From NCBI GenBank assembly GCA_043803205.1, contig JAZDKG010000116.1:31316-95315 (forward strand): a stretch of DNA of 64,000 bases, read 5' to 3'. The notes below the pieces were generated by a model. The model made no database searches. It saw only the letters and a list, made by a program, of their open reading frames with translations, and was not told the origin of the DNA. Shown piece by piece: positions 28,042 through 38,522 of the stretch. The DNA is from Planctomycetota bacterium (GTDB taxonomy: Bacteria > Planctomycetota > DG-23 > JAZDKG01). Numbering within the stretch: the stretch's first letter is position 1; each line of letters starts with the position of its first letter. Made by a program: the position numbers and the translations under genes.

Positions 28042-28968
28042 ATGACGGACAGTGACGTGATCGGCACCATCCATCTCGCGGACAATCTCGCTGTCCTCCG
28101 GGATCTCCCCGCGGCCTCCGTGGACCTCATATACATCGATCCCCCCTTCAACACCGGGAAAGTCCAGCAGCGAACGCAGCTGAAGACGGTCCGGTCGGAA
28201 TCGGGAGATCGGGTGGGATTCCAGGGTCGGCGCTACGAGAGTATCGTCCTGGGGACCAAGCGCTTCAGCGACCTCTTCGACGACTACCTGGCGTTTCTGG
28301 AGCCGAGGCTCATCGCGGCGCACCGCGTCCTTTCTCCGGACGGGAGCCTGTACTTCCACGTTGACTACCGCGAAGTTCATTACTGCAAGGTCCTTCTTGA
28401 CAACATATTCGGGAGAGAGTGCTTCCTCAACGAGATCATCTGGGCTTACGACTACGGCGGTCGTCCAAGAAACAAGTGGCCGCCCAAGCACGACAACATC
28501 CTCCTCTACGCGAAGGATCCATCGAACTACGTCTTCAACTACGACGAGATCGAGCGCATACCCTACATGGCTCCCGGCCTTGTAGGTCCGCAAAAGGCCG
28601 CCCGCGGGAAGCTTCCGACGGACACGTGGTGGCACACCATCGTCCCCACCAACGGTGCAGAGAAAACCGGCTATCCGACCCAGAAGCCGCTGGGGATACT
28701 CAGGCGCATCATTCAGGCATCCTCCCGTCCCGGCGGCCTCGTCCTCGACTTCTTTGCCGGGAGCGGAACCACCGGGGCCGCCGCCCTCCAACTCGGACGG
28801 CGCTTTCTCCTTGTTGACAATAGTCACGAAGCCTTGGAAGTGATGGCTCGCCGCTTTGACGGCGCCGATGGCATTCGCTGGATCGGCTTCGACCCTGCTC
28901 CGTTTCAGAGCAGCTGCAAGCAGGGCAGCCTGCTGAGATGTCGTCGCGAGCGGCGATTCGCAAGCTGA
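28042..28968 (+). CDS. Site-specific DNA methyltransferase, beta-class (N6-adenine or N4-cytosine), orphan
   Basis: 'IYIDPPFNTG' (motif IV, DPPF) is N-terminal to 'LDFFAGSGTTGAAA' (motif I, FxGxG). No adjacent endonuclease ORF. Codons are visibly less GC3-biased than in neighbours. Confidence 0.85.
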   Translation: MTDSDVIGTIHLADNLAVLRDLPAASVDLIYIDPPFNTGKVQQRTQLKTVRSESGDRVGFQGRRYESIVLGTKRFSDLFDDYLAFLEPRLIAAHRVLSPDGSLYFHVDYREVHYCKVLLDNIFGRECFLNEIIWAYDYGGRPRNKWPPKHDNILLYAKDPSNYVFNYDEIERIPYMAPGLVGPQKAARGKLPTDTWWHTIVPTNGAEKTGYPTQKPLGILRRIIQASSRPGGLVLDFFAGSGTTGAAALQLGRRFLLVDNSHEALEVMARRFDGADGIRWIGFDPAPFQSSCKQGSLLRCRRERRFAS

Positions 28969-29063
28969 CCGCTGACAAGACCGTGTAGCTGTGGGCGCCT
29001 CGCGCCGCAGCGGATGACCGAGCCATTCGAGGGATCCCCATTCCCGCATCCGGGAGCCGAAGA

Positions 29064-29759
29064 ATGAAACTTTCCGTCGTGATGCCCGTCTACAACGAGC
29101 GCAACACCGTGGAGGAGATCGTCCGCCGCGTCTTGCGCGCACCCGTGGAGTGCGAGAAGCACCTCATCATCGTGGACGATGCCTCCACCGACGGCACGCG
29201 CGAGATCCTGGAGAGAATCGGGCGGGAGGAGAGCGAGACCGTCAAGGTCTTCCGCCTCGACCGCAACCAGGGCAAGGGCGCCGCGCTGCGCGAAGGCTTC
29301 AAGCACGTCACGGGCGACGTCGTCATCATCCAGGACGCGGACCTCGAATACGACCCGGCGGAATACCCCGCGATGATCGCCCCCATCCTCGACGGCCGCG
29401 CCGACGTCGTCTACGGCTCGCGCTTCCTCGGCGGACCCCACCGCGTCCTCCTCTTCTGGCACTACGTCGGAAATAAATTTCTCACGACCTGCGCCAACGC
29501 CCTCTACAACGTGAACCTCTCCGACATGGAGACCTGCTACAAGGCCTTCCGCCGCGAGGTGATCGCGGCCCTCCCCCTCCGCTCCAATGGCTTCTCCATC
29601 GAGCCCGAGATCACCGCCAAGGTCTGCAAGGGACACTACCGCCTCTACGAAATCCCCATCAGCTACAGCGGCAGAACCTACGCCGAAGGAAAAAAGATCA
29701 CCTGGCGCGACGGCCTCGCCGCCCTCGGCGCGCTCTTGCGATACAGGTTCTGCGACTGA
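29064..29759 (+). CDS. Family 2 glycosyltransferase (polyprenyl-phosphate sugar transferase-like)
   Basis: 'LSVVMPVYNE', 'IIVDDASTDGT' and 'IQDADLEYDP' (DxD) match the GT2 pattern. Confidence 0.85.
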   Translation: MKLSVVMPVYNERNTVEEIVRRVLRAPVECEKHLIIVDDASTDGTREILERIGREESETVKVFRLDRNQGKGAALREGFKHVTGDVVIIQDADLEYDPAEYPAMIAPILDGRADVVYGSRFLGGPHRVLLFWHYVGNKFLTTCANALYNVNLSDMETCYKAFRREVIAALPLRSNGFSIEPEITAKVCKGHYRLYEIPISYSGRTYAEGKKITWRDGLAALGALLRYRFCD

Positions 29760-29777
29760 TGCCGGGATTCGCACCCC

Positions 29778-31661
29778 TCAGGGCTGCGACGAGGGACGGC
29801 TCTCCACAGAAAGCGCATCCATCTCCTTGAGCATCTCCGCGAGGTCATACCGGGCGTAGGGCTCGTCGCAGGCAGGCGTGCGCGCCCCCGCGTCCGCAAC
29901 ATAGAACACGAGGTCCTGCGGGACGAAGAGAACGCTGTGGAGGTTGCTCTCCATGGCGACCGGCCGCTTCATGATCGCCAGCGCCGCCTCGGTGTCGATC
30001 CGCCCATAGTTCTCCCTCACGCGTGATACGAGCGCGCGGTACCGAGACCCCGCCGAGAGGACGACGCAATCCTCGATCGCCTCCGGCAGAAGCGGATGGC
30101 TCTCCCCTGTCTCGACAAACTCGATCTCTTCCGGGACCGCGCGGACGCCGACCGCCGACGCGTCTTTCCCGTCCGAAAAAACATAGTAGTACTCGCACGT
30201 CCGAGGCGACTCCGCGAAGAGCGCCTTCGCCTCCTCTAAGGTCGTGCACCGTTCCAGAGCGCTCCGCACGAGGAACCCCATCGGGACGCCCGCCCATTTC
30301 CCCTGCCCGCCTCCCCCCATCTCCCCGATGGCGATCTTCTGGGCGTTCATCCCCGACACGCTCCCGACAAACCCCGCGTAGGACACGTTCGCAAAGGGGA
30401 TTGCCCCGTCCTTGCGCGTGACGATCACAACCGCCGACCGCTGAAGACCGATCCGGGTCATGTAATCGAGGATCCGCCCGTGGTACAGCTTCCCGTCCAC
30501 CGTGGCCCTGCCCGCTAAGGCGAACCCGGAGCAGTGAAAGAACTCCGGAAATACGCTCGCTAAAAGGACCTCCTCCCCGGGAAGGCCTGCCCCTTCCGCA
30601 AGTGCCTGTAGCTCCTCGACATACGCCTGGTCGATGTGAGGGGACAGCTCCTTCCAGACCCGCCGGATGTCGCTCAGAAACCAGCTCTTCCGCTCGACCG
30701 AATAATAGAGCCCCACGACGAACAACGTCGATTCGACCGTGCGCCCCACCTCGTCGGCAAGGAGCGTCCCGTGCGCGCGTCCGACCGCGCTAGGCGTCCC
30801 TTGAAGAAGAAGGACGCGCCTCCCGTCGCGCACGCGGAGCACGGAGTTCTCGCAGCGCGTCACGCTGTCGGCGGGAGGGCTGTAGAAGCTGTCCGTCCAG
30901 AGAATCTCCGCTGCGCGCGAAAGCGCCCGCGCGACAAATGCTTCGAACTCCTCCCGCCCGACGCGAACGACCGCGGTCTCCCCCGTGACCTCGCCGATCT
31001 TGGGGCTCGCCCCGGGCGCTAAATCGATCGTGACCCGGACCTCCTCGTCGCCGTCGGACCATCGCACCCCAGCCAATCGATCGCCGATGATGCGCAAGAC
31101 AAATCGCCCGCGCGCGCGTTTGGGATCCGAAACAAGCCTTCTCTCCGGAGGCTCGCCGGGCTCCTCCCTCAGTCCCAGGAGCGTCGCCAACAAGAGCGCC
31201 GGTGCCTGCGACGTCCCCGTCCGGACAACGTTGCACGCTGCGTCAAGAGCCGGCACGCGCGACGCGATCGATCCGATGAGAGCGCTCGCGTTCATCGCCT
31301 CGCAAGGCGCCGACGAGTCGGAGGCTAACATCACCTTCTTCGCGGGAACGACGATTGCCGTCTCCTCCGCCGCGCGCACGAGTCGGGCGGAGAATTCGTT
31401 GACCGATAGATCGACGGAATAGGTCGCGTCGTCCGCATACGCGAACTCGATGCGCGTCGTCCCGGCCGGCTTCCCCGTGGTCTCGACCCGGATGGCCAAA
31501 GTGTATGGGCCCTTCTCGCCCCGAAGCGCCGCCAAGAGCCCGTCAAGGGACTTTCCGAGCGTCTCCCACGCGGGAGGGCTCTCCTCACCTGCAAAAGAGA
31601 GGACGGGTATGAGGATGACCGTTGTCCAAACGATCAGAGCCGTTCGCCGGTGAACCAGCAT
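29778..31661 (-). CDS. Secreted protein with C-terminal C45-family (acyl-CoA:6-APA acyltransferase-like) Ntn-hydrolase domain
   Basis: Signal peptide. The ~320-aa N-domain is of unknown family. The C-domain has 'FFHCSGFA' (candidate N-terminal nucleophile Cys) and a downstream pattern typical of C45/choloylglycine-hydrolase-like Ntn hydrolases. Confidence 0.5.
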   Translation of the reverse strand: MLVHRRTALIVWTTVILIPVLSFAGEESPPAWETLGKSLDGLLAALRGEKGPYTLAIRVETTGKPAGTTRIEFAYADDATYSVDLSVNEFSARLVRAAEETAIVVPAKKVMLASDSSAPCEAMNASALIGSIASRVPALDAACNVVRTGTSQAPALLLATLLGLREEPGEPPERRLVSDPKRARGRFVLRIIGDRLAGVRWSDGDEEVRVTIDLAPGASPKIGEVTGETAVVRVGREEFEAFVARALSRAAEILWTDSFYSPPADSVTRCENSVLRVRDGRRVLLLQGTPSAVGRAHGTLLADEVGRTVESTLFVVGLYYSVERKSWFLSDIRRVWKELSPHIDQAYVEELQALAEGAGLPGEEVLLASVFPEFFHCSGFALAGRATVDGKLYHGRILDYMTRIGLQRSAVVIVTRKDGAIPFANVSYAGFVGSVSGMNAQKIAIGEMGGGGQGKWAGVPMGFLVRSALERCTTLEEAKALFAESPRTCEYYYVFSDGKDASAVGVRAVPEEIEFVETGESHPLLPEAIEDCVVLSAGSRYRALVSRVRENYGRIDTEAALAIMKRPVAMESNLHSVLFVPQDLVFYVADAGARTPACDEPYARYDLAEMLKEMDALSVESRPSSQP

Positions 31662-31844
31662 GTCGTCTACTCCTTGCTAACCCGACTGACGCGCATTATT
31701 GCACAGATGATCGTCCCTGACGAGAGACAACTCCCCCGGGCCGCGCTTCGCGCTTGATTCCTGGCGTGGAATCTGCTAAAAGTCGTGGCTCTCAGTCCCA
31801 GGTGCGGACGTGTCGGCGCCATTCCGGAAAACCCGGGGGTTCTC

Positions 31845-33446
31845 ATGAGGCCTTCCAGTCGCATGCTCGCCAGCGGCAACGAGGCGGTCGCCCTCGCCGC
31901 TAGGGATGCTGGCTTCGCCCTCGGCGCCGGATACCCGGGCACGCCCTCCACCGAGATCCTCGAAACCTTCTCCGACCTCGGCGGCAAAGCCCAGTGGGCC
32001 CCCAACGAGAAGGTGGCTTTCGAGGTGGCCCTCGGCGCGGCGTACACCGGGGCACGCGCCCTCGTCACGATGAAGCACGTCGGGCTCAACGTCGCCGCCG
32101 ACCCCCTCTTCACTGCGGCCTACACGGGGGTGAGCGGCGCCCTCGTGGTCGTCTCGGCCGACGACCCCGGCATGGCCTCCAGCCAAAATGAGCAGGACAA
32201 CCGCCACTACGCCGTGGCCGCCGGCATCCCGATGCTCGAGCCGTCAAGCTCCGCGGAGGCCTACGACTTCCTCATCGCCGCCACGGAACTCTCGGAGCGC
32301 TGGAGACTCCCCGTCCTCCTGCGCCTTACGACCCGCGTCTGCCACTCGAAAACCGTCCTCACGGAGAGACGCGGTCTCGCCGCCCCTCGCACGCCCCGCT
32401 TCACCAGGGCTGTCCGCGGCCGCGTGATGATCCCGGCCTACGCTCGGCCGGCGCATCAGCGGCTCCGGGAGAAGCTGGCGGACCTCGCCGCCTGGGGCGA
32501 AGCGTCCAACCTCCACCGCGAGATCCAGGGAGATCGCTCGCTGGGCATCGTCACCTCCGGGGTGGCGTTCATGCACGCCCGCGAGGCCGCCCCCGGCGCG
32601 TCCTTCTTCAAGGTCGCACTCACCTATCCCCTCCCGCTCCAGCGCATCGCCCGCTTCGCCCAAGGCGTCGAGCGGTGCCTCGTCGTGGAGGAGGGCGACC
32701 CCTATCTCGTCGAGGCCCTGCGCGCAGGCGGCATCGCCGTCGAGGGAAAGCCCGAAATGTACCGCTTCGGCGAGCTCGACGTCGAGCGCGTTCGAAGGAT
32801 CATCGCCCGCGACGAAACCCCCGAACGCCCCGCCACCCCCGGCAAGCCCCCACAGCTCTGTCCCGGTTGTCCCCACCGCGCCGTCTTCGAGACGCTCTCG
32901 AGCCTCCGCTGCATCGTCGCCGGCGACATCGGCTGTTACACGCTGGGCGTGCTCCCCCCCTTCGAGGCGATGGACTCCTGCGTCTGCATGGGCGCAAGCA
33001 TCGGCGTGGGGCTCGGCCTTCGTCACGTCCTCGCCCCGGAGGAGGCCCGCCGCGTCGTCAGCGTCATCGGCGACAGCACCTTCATCCACAGCGGCATCAC
33101 CGGCCTCGTCGAAATGATCTACAATCCCCCCCCCACCGGACACGTCGTCATCATCCTCGACAACGGCACCACCGCCATGACGGGCTTGCAGGAGCACCCC
33201 GGCACCGGCCGCACCCTCGACCATCGGCCCACGGGTCGCGTCGTCGTGGAAGAGCTCGCAAAGTCGCTCGGCGTCAAGCGCGTCCACGTCACCGACCCCA
33301 CCCGCGACCGCCACGCCTTCGAGACGCTCCTCAAGGAAACCCTCGCCTCGGGCGAGACCGCCGTGATCGTCGCCCGCAGACCCTGTCTACTCGCCAGCAA
33401 ACGGATACGCGAACATGAGCGCGCAATCACAGAACCCGCCTCCTGA
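31845..33446 (+). CDS. iorA: Indolepyruvate:ferredoxin oxidoreductase alpha subunit (2-oxoacid:ferredoxin oxidoreductase family)
   Basis: N-terminal 'LLMxGNEAVALAA...GYPGTPSTEI' and the TPP-domain start 'QLCPGCPHRAVF'. Start chosen at MRPSS; an ATG 60 nt upstream is possible. Confidence 0.75.
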   Translation: MRPSSRMLASGNEAVALAARDAGFALGAGYPGTPSTEILETFSDLGGKAQWAPNEKVAFEVALGAAYTGARALVTMKHVGLNVAADPLFTAAYTGVSGALVVVSADDPGMASSQNEQDNRHYAVAAGIPMLEPSSSAEAYDFLIAATELSERWRLPVLLRLTTRVCHSKTVLTERRGLAAPRTPRFTRAVRGRVMIPAYARPAHQRLREKLADLAAWGEASNLHREIQGDRSLGIVTSGVAFMHAREAAPGASFFKVALTYPLPLQRIARFAQGVERCLVVEEGDPYLVEALRAGGIAVEGKPEMYRFGELDVERVRRIIARDETPERPATPGKPPQLCPGCPHRAVFETLSSLRCIVAGDIGCYTLGVLPPFEAMDSCVCMGASIGVGLGLRHVLAPEEARRVVSVIGDSTFIHSGITGLVEMIYNPPPTGHVVIILDNGTTAMTGLQEHPGTGRTLDHRPTGRVVVEELAKSLGVKRVHVTDPTRDRHAFETLLKETLASGETAVIVARRPCLLASKRIREHERAITEPAS

Positions 33447-33947
33447 GTTGATCAACGTCGTCATCGCCGGACTCGGAGGACAGGGGGTGCTGAAGGCCTC
33501 CGACATCCTCGCCGAGGCGGCCTTCCACGCCGGCTATGACGTGAAAAAAAGCGAGCTGCACGGAATGAGCCAGCGCGGCGGCTCCGTCGCAAGCGACGTC
33601 CGCTTCGGAGAGGAAGTCCTCAGCCCCATGGTGCCGACCGGAGAGGCCGATTACCTCGTGCTCCTCTCCCCCGATGAAGCCGAGCCCAACCGTCATCGCC
33701 TGCGCCCGGGCGGCCTCCTCATCGCCGACGCCGTCGACGAAAAGACCCTGCCCAACCGCCGCAGCCTCAACGTCGCGCTCCTCGGGGCGCTCAGCACCCA
33801 CCTCCCCATCGCCGAAGAGCACTGGCTCGCGGCGATCCGGACCAACCTCCCCGAAAAACTGCACGCCGACAACGAGCGAGCCTTCGCCCTGGGACGCGAA
33901 CACGAGAGCAAACGCCCCAACAAGACCTCTGGTGGAGAGGGAGTGCC

Positions 33948-33951
<4 letters not shown>
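33415..33951 (+). CDS. iorB: Indolepyruvate oxidoreductase beta subunit
   Basis: '[23 protein letters not shown]' followed by '[10 protein letters not shown]'. Confidence 0.8.
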
Positions 33952-35279
<1,328 letters not shown>

Positions 35280-35298
35280 ATGAGAAAGAGGAGACGCC

Positions 35299-35739
35299 AT
35301 GAAGATCCGCCAGCTCTCCGTGTTTCTCGAGAATAAGCCTGGACGCCTGAGCGCCCCCTGTCAGGCGCTCGCCGCCGCCGGCATCAACATCCTGACCCTG
35401 TCGCTCGCTGACACGCAGCAGTTCGGCATCCTTCGACTCATCCTCCCCGACTGGAAGAAAGCCAAGTCCATCCTCGAAGCCGCCGGCTGCGTGGTCAAGG
35501 TCACGGAGGTGGTCGCGATCGAGGTCGAGGATCGTCCCGGCGGGCTCGCGGCGGTGCTCGCCGTGCTCGAGACCGCGAAGATCAACGTCGAATACATGTA
35601 CGCCTTCACCTTCAAGCGCGCCGACAAGGCCGTCCTCGTCTTCCGCTTCGAGGACCCGGAGAAAGCCGTCGCCGCGCTCCGTTCCAAGGGCATCAACCCC
35701 ATCCAGGACGTCGAGCTCTTCCAGACCGATAGACGCTGA
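35299..35739 (+). CDS. ACT domain protein (tandem ACT)
   Basis: Two ACT-like halves ('LSVFLENKPGRL', 'IEVEDRPGGLAAVL'), typical of the partner of PaaK-like ligases. Confidence 0.75.
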   Translation: MKIRQLSVFLENKPGRLSAPCQALAAAGINILTLSLADTQQFGILRLILPDWKKAKSILEAAGCVVKVTEVVAIEVEDRPGGLAAVLAVLETAKINVEYMYAFTFKRADKAVLVFRFEDPEKAVAALRSKGINPIQDVELFQTDRR

Positions 35740-35776
35740 CGCCCCACGCCCAGCCGGATGGCTTCGGGGAGAGACC

Positions 35777-37105
35777 GTGCACGAGTTCCCCTTCGAAAAC
35801 CGCATCTGGGACCCCGCCGAGACGATCTCACGTCACGAGCTCGCATCGCTCCAGACGAAACGTCTCCGCGAGACCGTAGCGCGAGTCGCGAACGTCCCCT
35901 TCTACCGGGCGGCGTTCGAAAAACTCAACGTCACGCCCGACAGCATCAGGAGCGCCGGCGACGTGAGACGCCTCCCCTTCACAACGAAGGAGGACCTCCG
36001 GCGGCACTACCCCCTCGGCTTCCTCGTCGTGCCCCGCCAGGAGATCGCCCGCATCCACGCCTCCTCGGGCACGACCGGCAAGCCCACCATCGTCGCCTAC
36101 ACCCCCCGCGACCTCGACCTCTGGGCGAACCTGTGCGCCCGCTTCCTCGTGTCGGGCGGCCTCCGTCCCGAGCACACGGTGCACATCGCCTTCGGCTACG
36201 GGCTTTTCACCGGCGGCTTCGGCCTCCACTACGGCGTCGAGAAGGTCGGCGCCGCGGTCGTGCCCGCCTCCAGCGGCAATACCCCCCGCCACGTCATGCT
36301 GATCCAGGACCTCGGTGCGCAGGTCCTCGTCTGCACCCCAAGCTACGCCCTTAGCATCGCCGAGGTCGCCCGCGAACAGGGAATCGATCCCCGCTCCCTT
36401 CCCCTGCGCTACGCCCACCTCGGCGCCGAGCCCTGGACGCGGGACATGCGCCTCAAGATCGAGGAGACCCTCGACCTCCTCGCCTTCAACAACTACGGCC
36501 TCTCCGAGATCATCGGCCCCGGCGTGAGCGGCGAGTGCCCCCTCCGCATAGGCATGCACATCCAGGAGGACCACTTCCTCGTCGAGTGCCTCGACCCCGT
36601 CACCCTCGATCCCGTCCCCCCGGGAGACCGCGGCGAGCTCGTCCTCACCACGCTCACAAAAGAGGCCATGCCCCTACTCCGCTACCGCACCAGGGACATC
36701 CTCGCCCTCGATGACTCCCCCTGCCCCTGTGGCCGCGTCGGCGTGCGCATGGGCCGCGTCCTCGGACGCAGCGACGACATGCTCATCATCCGCGGCGTCA
36801 ACGTCTTCCCGTCCCAGATCGAGGAGGCCCTCCTGCGCGTCGAAGGCACCGCGCCCCACTACCAGATCGAGGTCGATCGCCCCGGAACGCTCGACATCGT
36901 CACCGTGCGCGTCGAGGTGCGCGCGCAGGACCTCTCCGACAGGATGAGCCGAATGCAGGCCCTTCGCGACCGGATCGACCGCGAGATCCAGTCCGTCACC
37001 GGGCTCCGCGCCAACGTCGAGCTGGTCGAGCCCCAGACGATCGAGCGCTCGATGGGAAAAGCCAAGCGCGTCATCGACCGCAGGCGCGAAAAGGGGCTCA
37101 TCTAG
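35777..37105 (+). CDS. paaK: Phenylacetate-CoA ligase family, second paralog
   Basis: GTG start. '[16 protein letters not shown]' and '[12 protein letters not shown]'. Confidence 0.85.
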   Translation: MHEFPFENRIWDPAETISRHELASLQTKRLRETVARVANVPFYRAAFEKLNVTPDSIRSAGDVRRLPFTTKEDLRRHYPLGFLVVPRQEIARIHASSGTTGKPTIVAYTPRDLDLWANLCARFLVSGGLRPEHTVHIAFGYGLFTGGFGLHYGVEKVGAAVVPASSGNTPRHVMLIQDLGAQVLVCTPSYALSIAEVAREQGIDPRSLPLRYAHLGAEPWTRDMRLKIEETLDLLAFNNYGLSEIIGPGVSGECPLRIGMHIQEDHFLVECLDPVTLDPVPPGDRGELVLTTLTKEAMPLLRYRTRDILALDDSPCPCGRVGVRMGRVLGRSDDMLIIRGVNVFPSQIEEALLRVEGTAPHYQIEVDRPGTLDIVTVRVEVRAQDLSDRMSRMQALRDRIDREIQSVTGLRANVELVEPQTIERSMGKAKRVIDRRREKGLI

Positions 37106-37131
37106 AACATCCCCCGCCCCGCTGAAACCGC

Positions 37132-38010
37132 CTAAGCGGATACTCCGAGAAGCGCCGAAGCGTTCCCCCCTGAGATCATGCGGAAAAGCTCCGAGTCCTC
37201 CCCCGCGATTTCGCGCAGATAACTCACTTGACGCTCCAGCCTCCCGAACGGATCGTCCGACGCCAATACCAGACGATCCCCCGGCGCGTTCTCGATCATC
37301 CGCCGCATCGGTTCCTCATGGCAGTCTGAAAGGTCGATCCAGACGTTCCGACTTGCCCTCGCCGCCGCCGCCGCCTCCCGCGAGTGCTCCTCCCCCGCCA
37401 AATCCCTCACCCCCGCGTGTCCCAGGATGACGCGCGTCCCGGGAAACCGCGCCGCCAAACGCGCGATGCGCCTCACCTCCGTCCCCGGCCCGTACGACGA
37501 ATGGAACCACACCGGAACGTCGATCTCGGCCGCCCATTCCATCACGCGGGACATCACCGCGTCGTCCGCGGCAAACACGTGAACCAGCGGATGGAGCTTC
37601 ACGCACCTGAAACCCAGTTCGCGGACCGCCGCGGCCGCCGAGAGGCAGTCCTCCTCGCCCCTCCACGGATTCACCCACCAGCAGCCGATGAGCCGCTCGG
37701 GATATCTGCGCACGGCGGCGAGAACGTCCTCGTGGTCCACAAGGCCCCGCCGGCGTTCTTCGATCTCCGGCGTGACGCGCCCCCCCTCGATGCATTCCCG
37801 AACCGCCTCCATCAGCTTCCGTTGCCCCGCGACCTCCTCCTCGTCGGATACCTGTGGCTCGTTCTTCATGCCGCTCGGCGCGATCACCGCGCGGTCCACG
37901 CCCAAACGATCCATCTCGGCTATGATCTCCTCCGCCGTCCGCGTCCCGTTCGCTCGCGTATACCCGACGTGACGGTGCTCATCGATCATCATCGTCGTCT
38001 CTTCCCTCAA
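37132..38010 (-). CDS. Amidohydrolase-2 family metal-dependent TIM-barrel hydrolase
   Basis: 'IDEHRHVG' N-terminal metal-ligand pattern, 'ILGHAG' and 'VLASDDPF'. Confidence 0.6.
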   Translation of the reverse strand: MREETTMMIDEHRHVGYTRANGTRTAEEIIAEMDRLGVDRAVIAPSGMKNEPQVSDEEEVAGQRKLMEAVRECIEGGRVTPEIEERRRGLVDHEDVLAAVRRYPERLIGCWWVNPWRGEEDCLSAAAAVRELGFRCVKLHPLVHVFAADDAVMSRVMEWAAEIDVPVWFHSSYGPGTEVRRIARLAARFPGTRVILGHAGVRDLAGEEHSREAAAAARASRNVWIDLSDCHEEPMRRMIENAPGDRLVLASDDPFGRLERQVSYLREIAGEDSELFRMISGGNASALLGVSA

Positions 38011-38084
38011 CCGGCATCCCTATGCAACGCCCGCCTACCCCAAGCTTACGGATTTTCCCCCGCGGATTATCCCCCAAACTCAGC

Positions 38085-38276
38085 AGAACCCATCTCAAAA
38101 ATGCTGCTGGTCGCGTCGCGCAGTGCTTGCGAGCAGATCAAGGAGCGAGCAGGCAGGTCCGCCAGTGGCGGATCAACGACGAGCGACAACGAGATGCGAT
38201 GCAACCACTCGCGACCCGAAGGGTTGGGGCGGCGAGGCGCCCCCAACGCGGCCAACACCATTTTTGAGATGGGTTC
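38085..38276. repeat. Inverted-repeat pair (17-18 nt) enclosing ~156 bp in the non-coding leader upstream of tRNA-Arg
   Basis: 'gaacccatctcaaaaatg' (38085-38102) is the exact reverse complement of 'catttttgagatgggttc' (38259-38276). The first copy is itself the loop of a local cagcag/ctgctg hairpin. A further hairpin gttgggg-N11-ccccaac lies inside. Confidence 0.55.
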
Positions 38277-38350
38277 TAGACTTCACGACGCTTTGTCGCC
38301 GCTGGCGCGTCCTTCCGCGAAGCCTGCGCCGCGCCGCCCGGGAACGCGCC

Positions 38351-38379
38351 TTGACTCGGCGACTGTCCCATGCTACTAT
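38351..38379 (+). promoter_or_regulatory. Candidate sigma70-type promoter for tRNA-Arg (TTGACT-N17-TACTAT)
   Basis: -35 TTGACT at 38351-38356, a 17-nt spacer, and -10 TACTAT at 38374-38379, about 20 nt upstream of the tRNA 5' end. Confidence 0.45.
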
Positions 38380-38398
38380 TTTCCCGGGAGTGTTTCGC

Positions 38399-38475
38399 GT
38401 CCCCGTAGCTCAGTTGGATAGAGCGCAAGATTCCGGATCTTGAGGCCACAGGTTCGAGCCCTGTCGGGGATGCCA
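38399..38475 (+). tRNA. tRNA-Arg (anticodon CCG)
   Basis: Cloverleaf derived by hand: D-arm GCTC-AGTTGGATA-GAGC, anticodon stem CAAGA/TCTTG with loop TTCCGGA (anticodon CCG), T-arm ACAGG-TTCGAGC-CCTGT, encoded CCA end. Confidence 0.85.
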
Positions 38476-38482
38476 GAACTGA

Positions 38483-38510
38483 GGGGCCCGCTTCATGCGG
38501 GCCCTTTTTT
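38483..38510 (+). terminator. Rho-independent terminator after tRNA-Arg
   Basis: Stem GGGCCCGC / GCGGGCCC with loop TTCAT, followed by TTTTTT. Confidence 0.65.
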
Positions 38511-38522
38511 CCGCCGACGAAG

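Noticed and set aside
38022-38267. 81-aa and 63-aa ORFs in the leader upstream of tRNA-Arg.
   Set aside because: No RBS, atypical codon usage, and they overlap the inverted repeats. Treated as non-coding.
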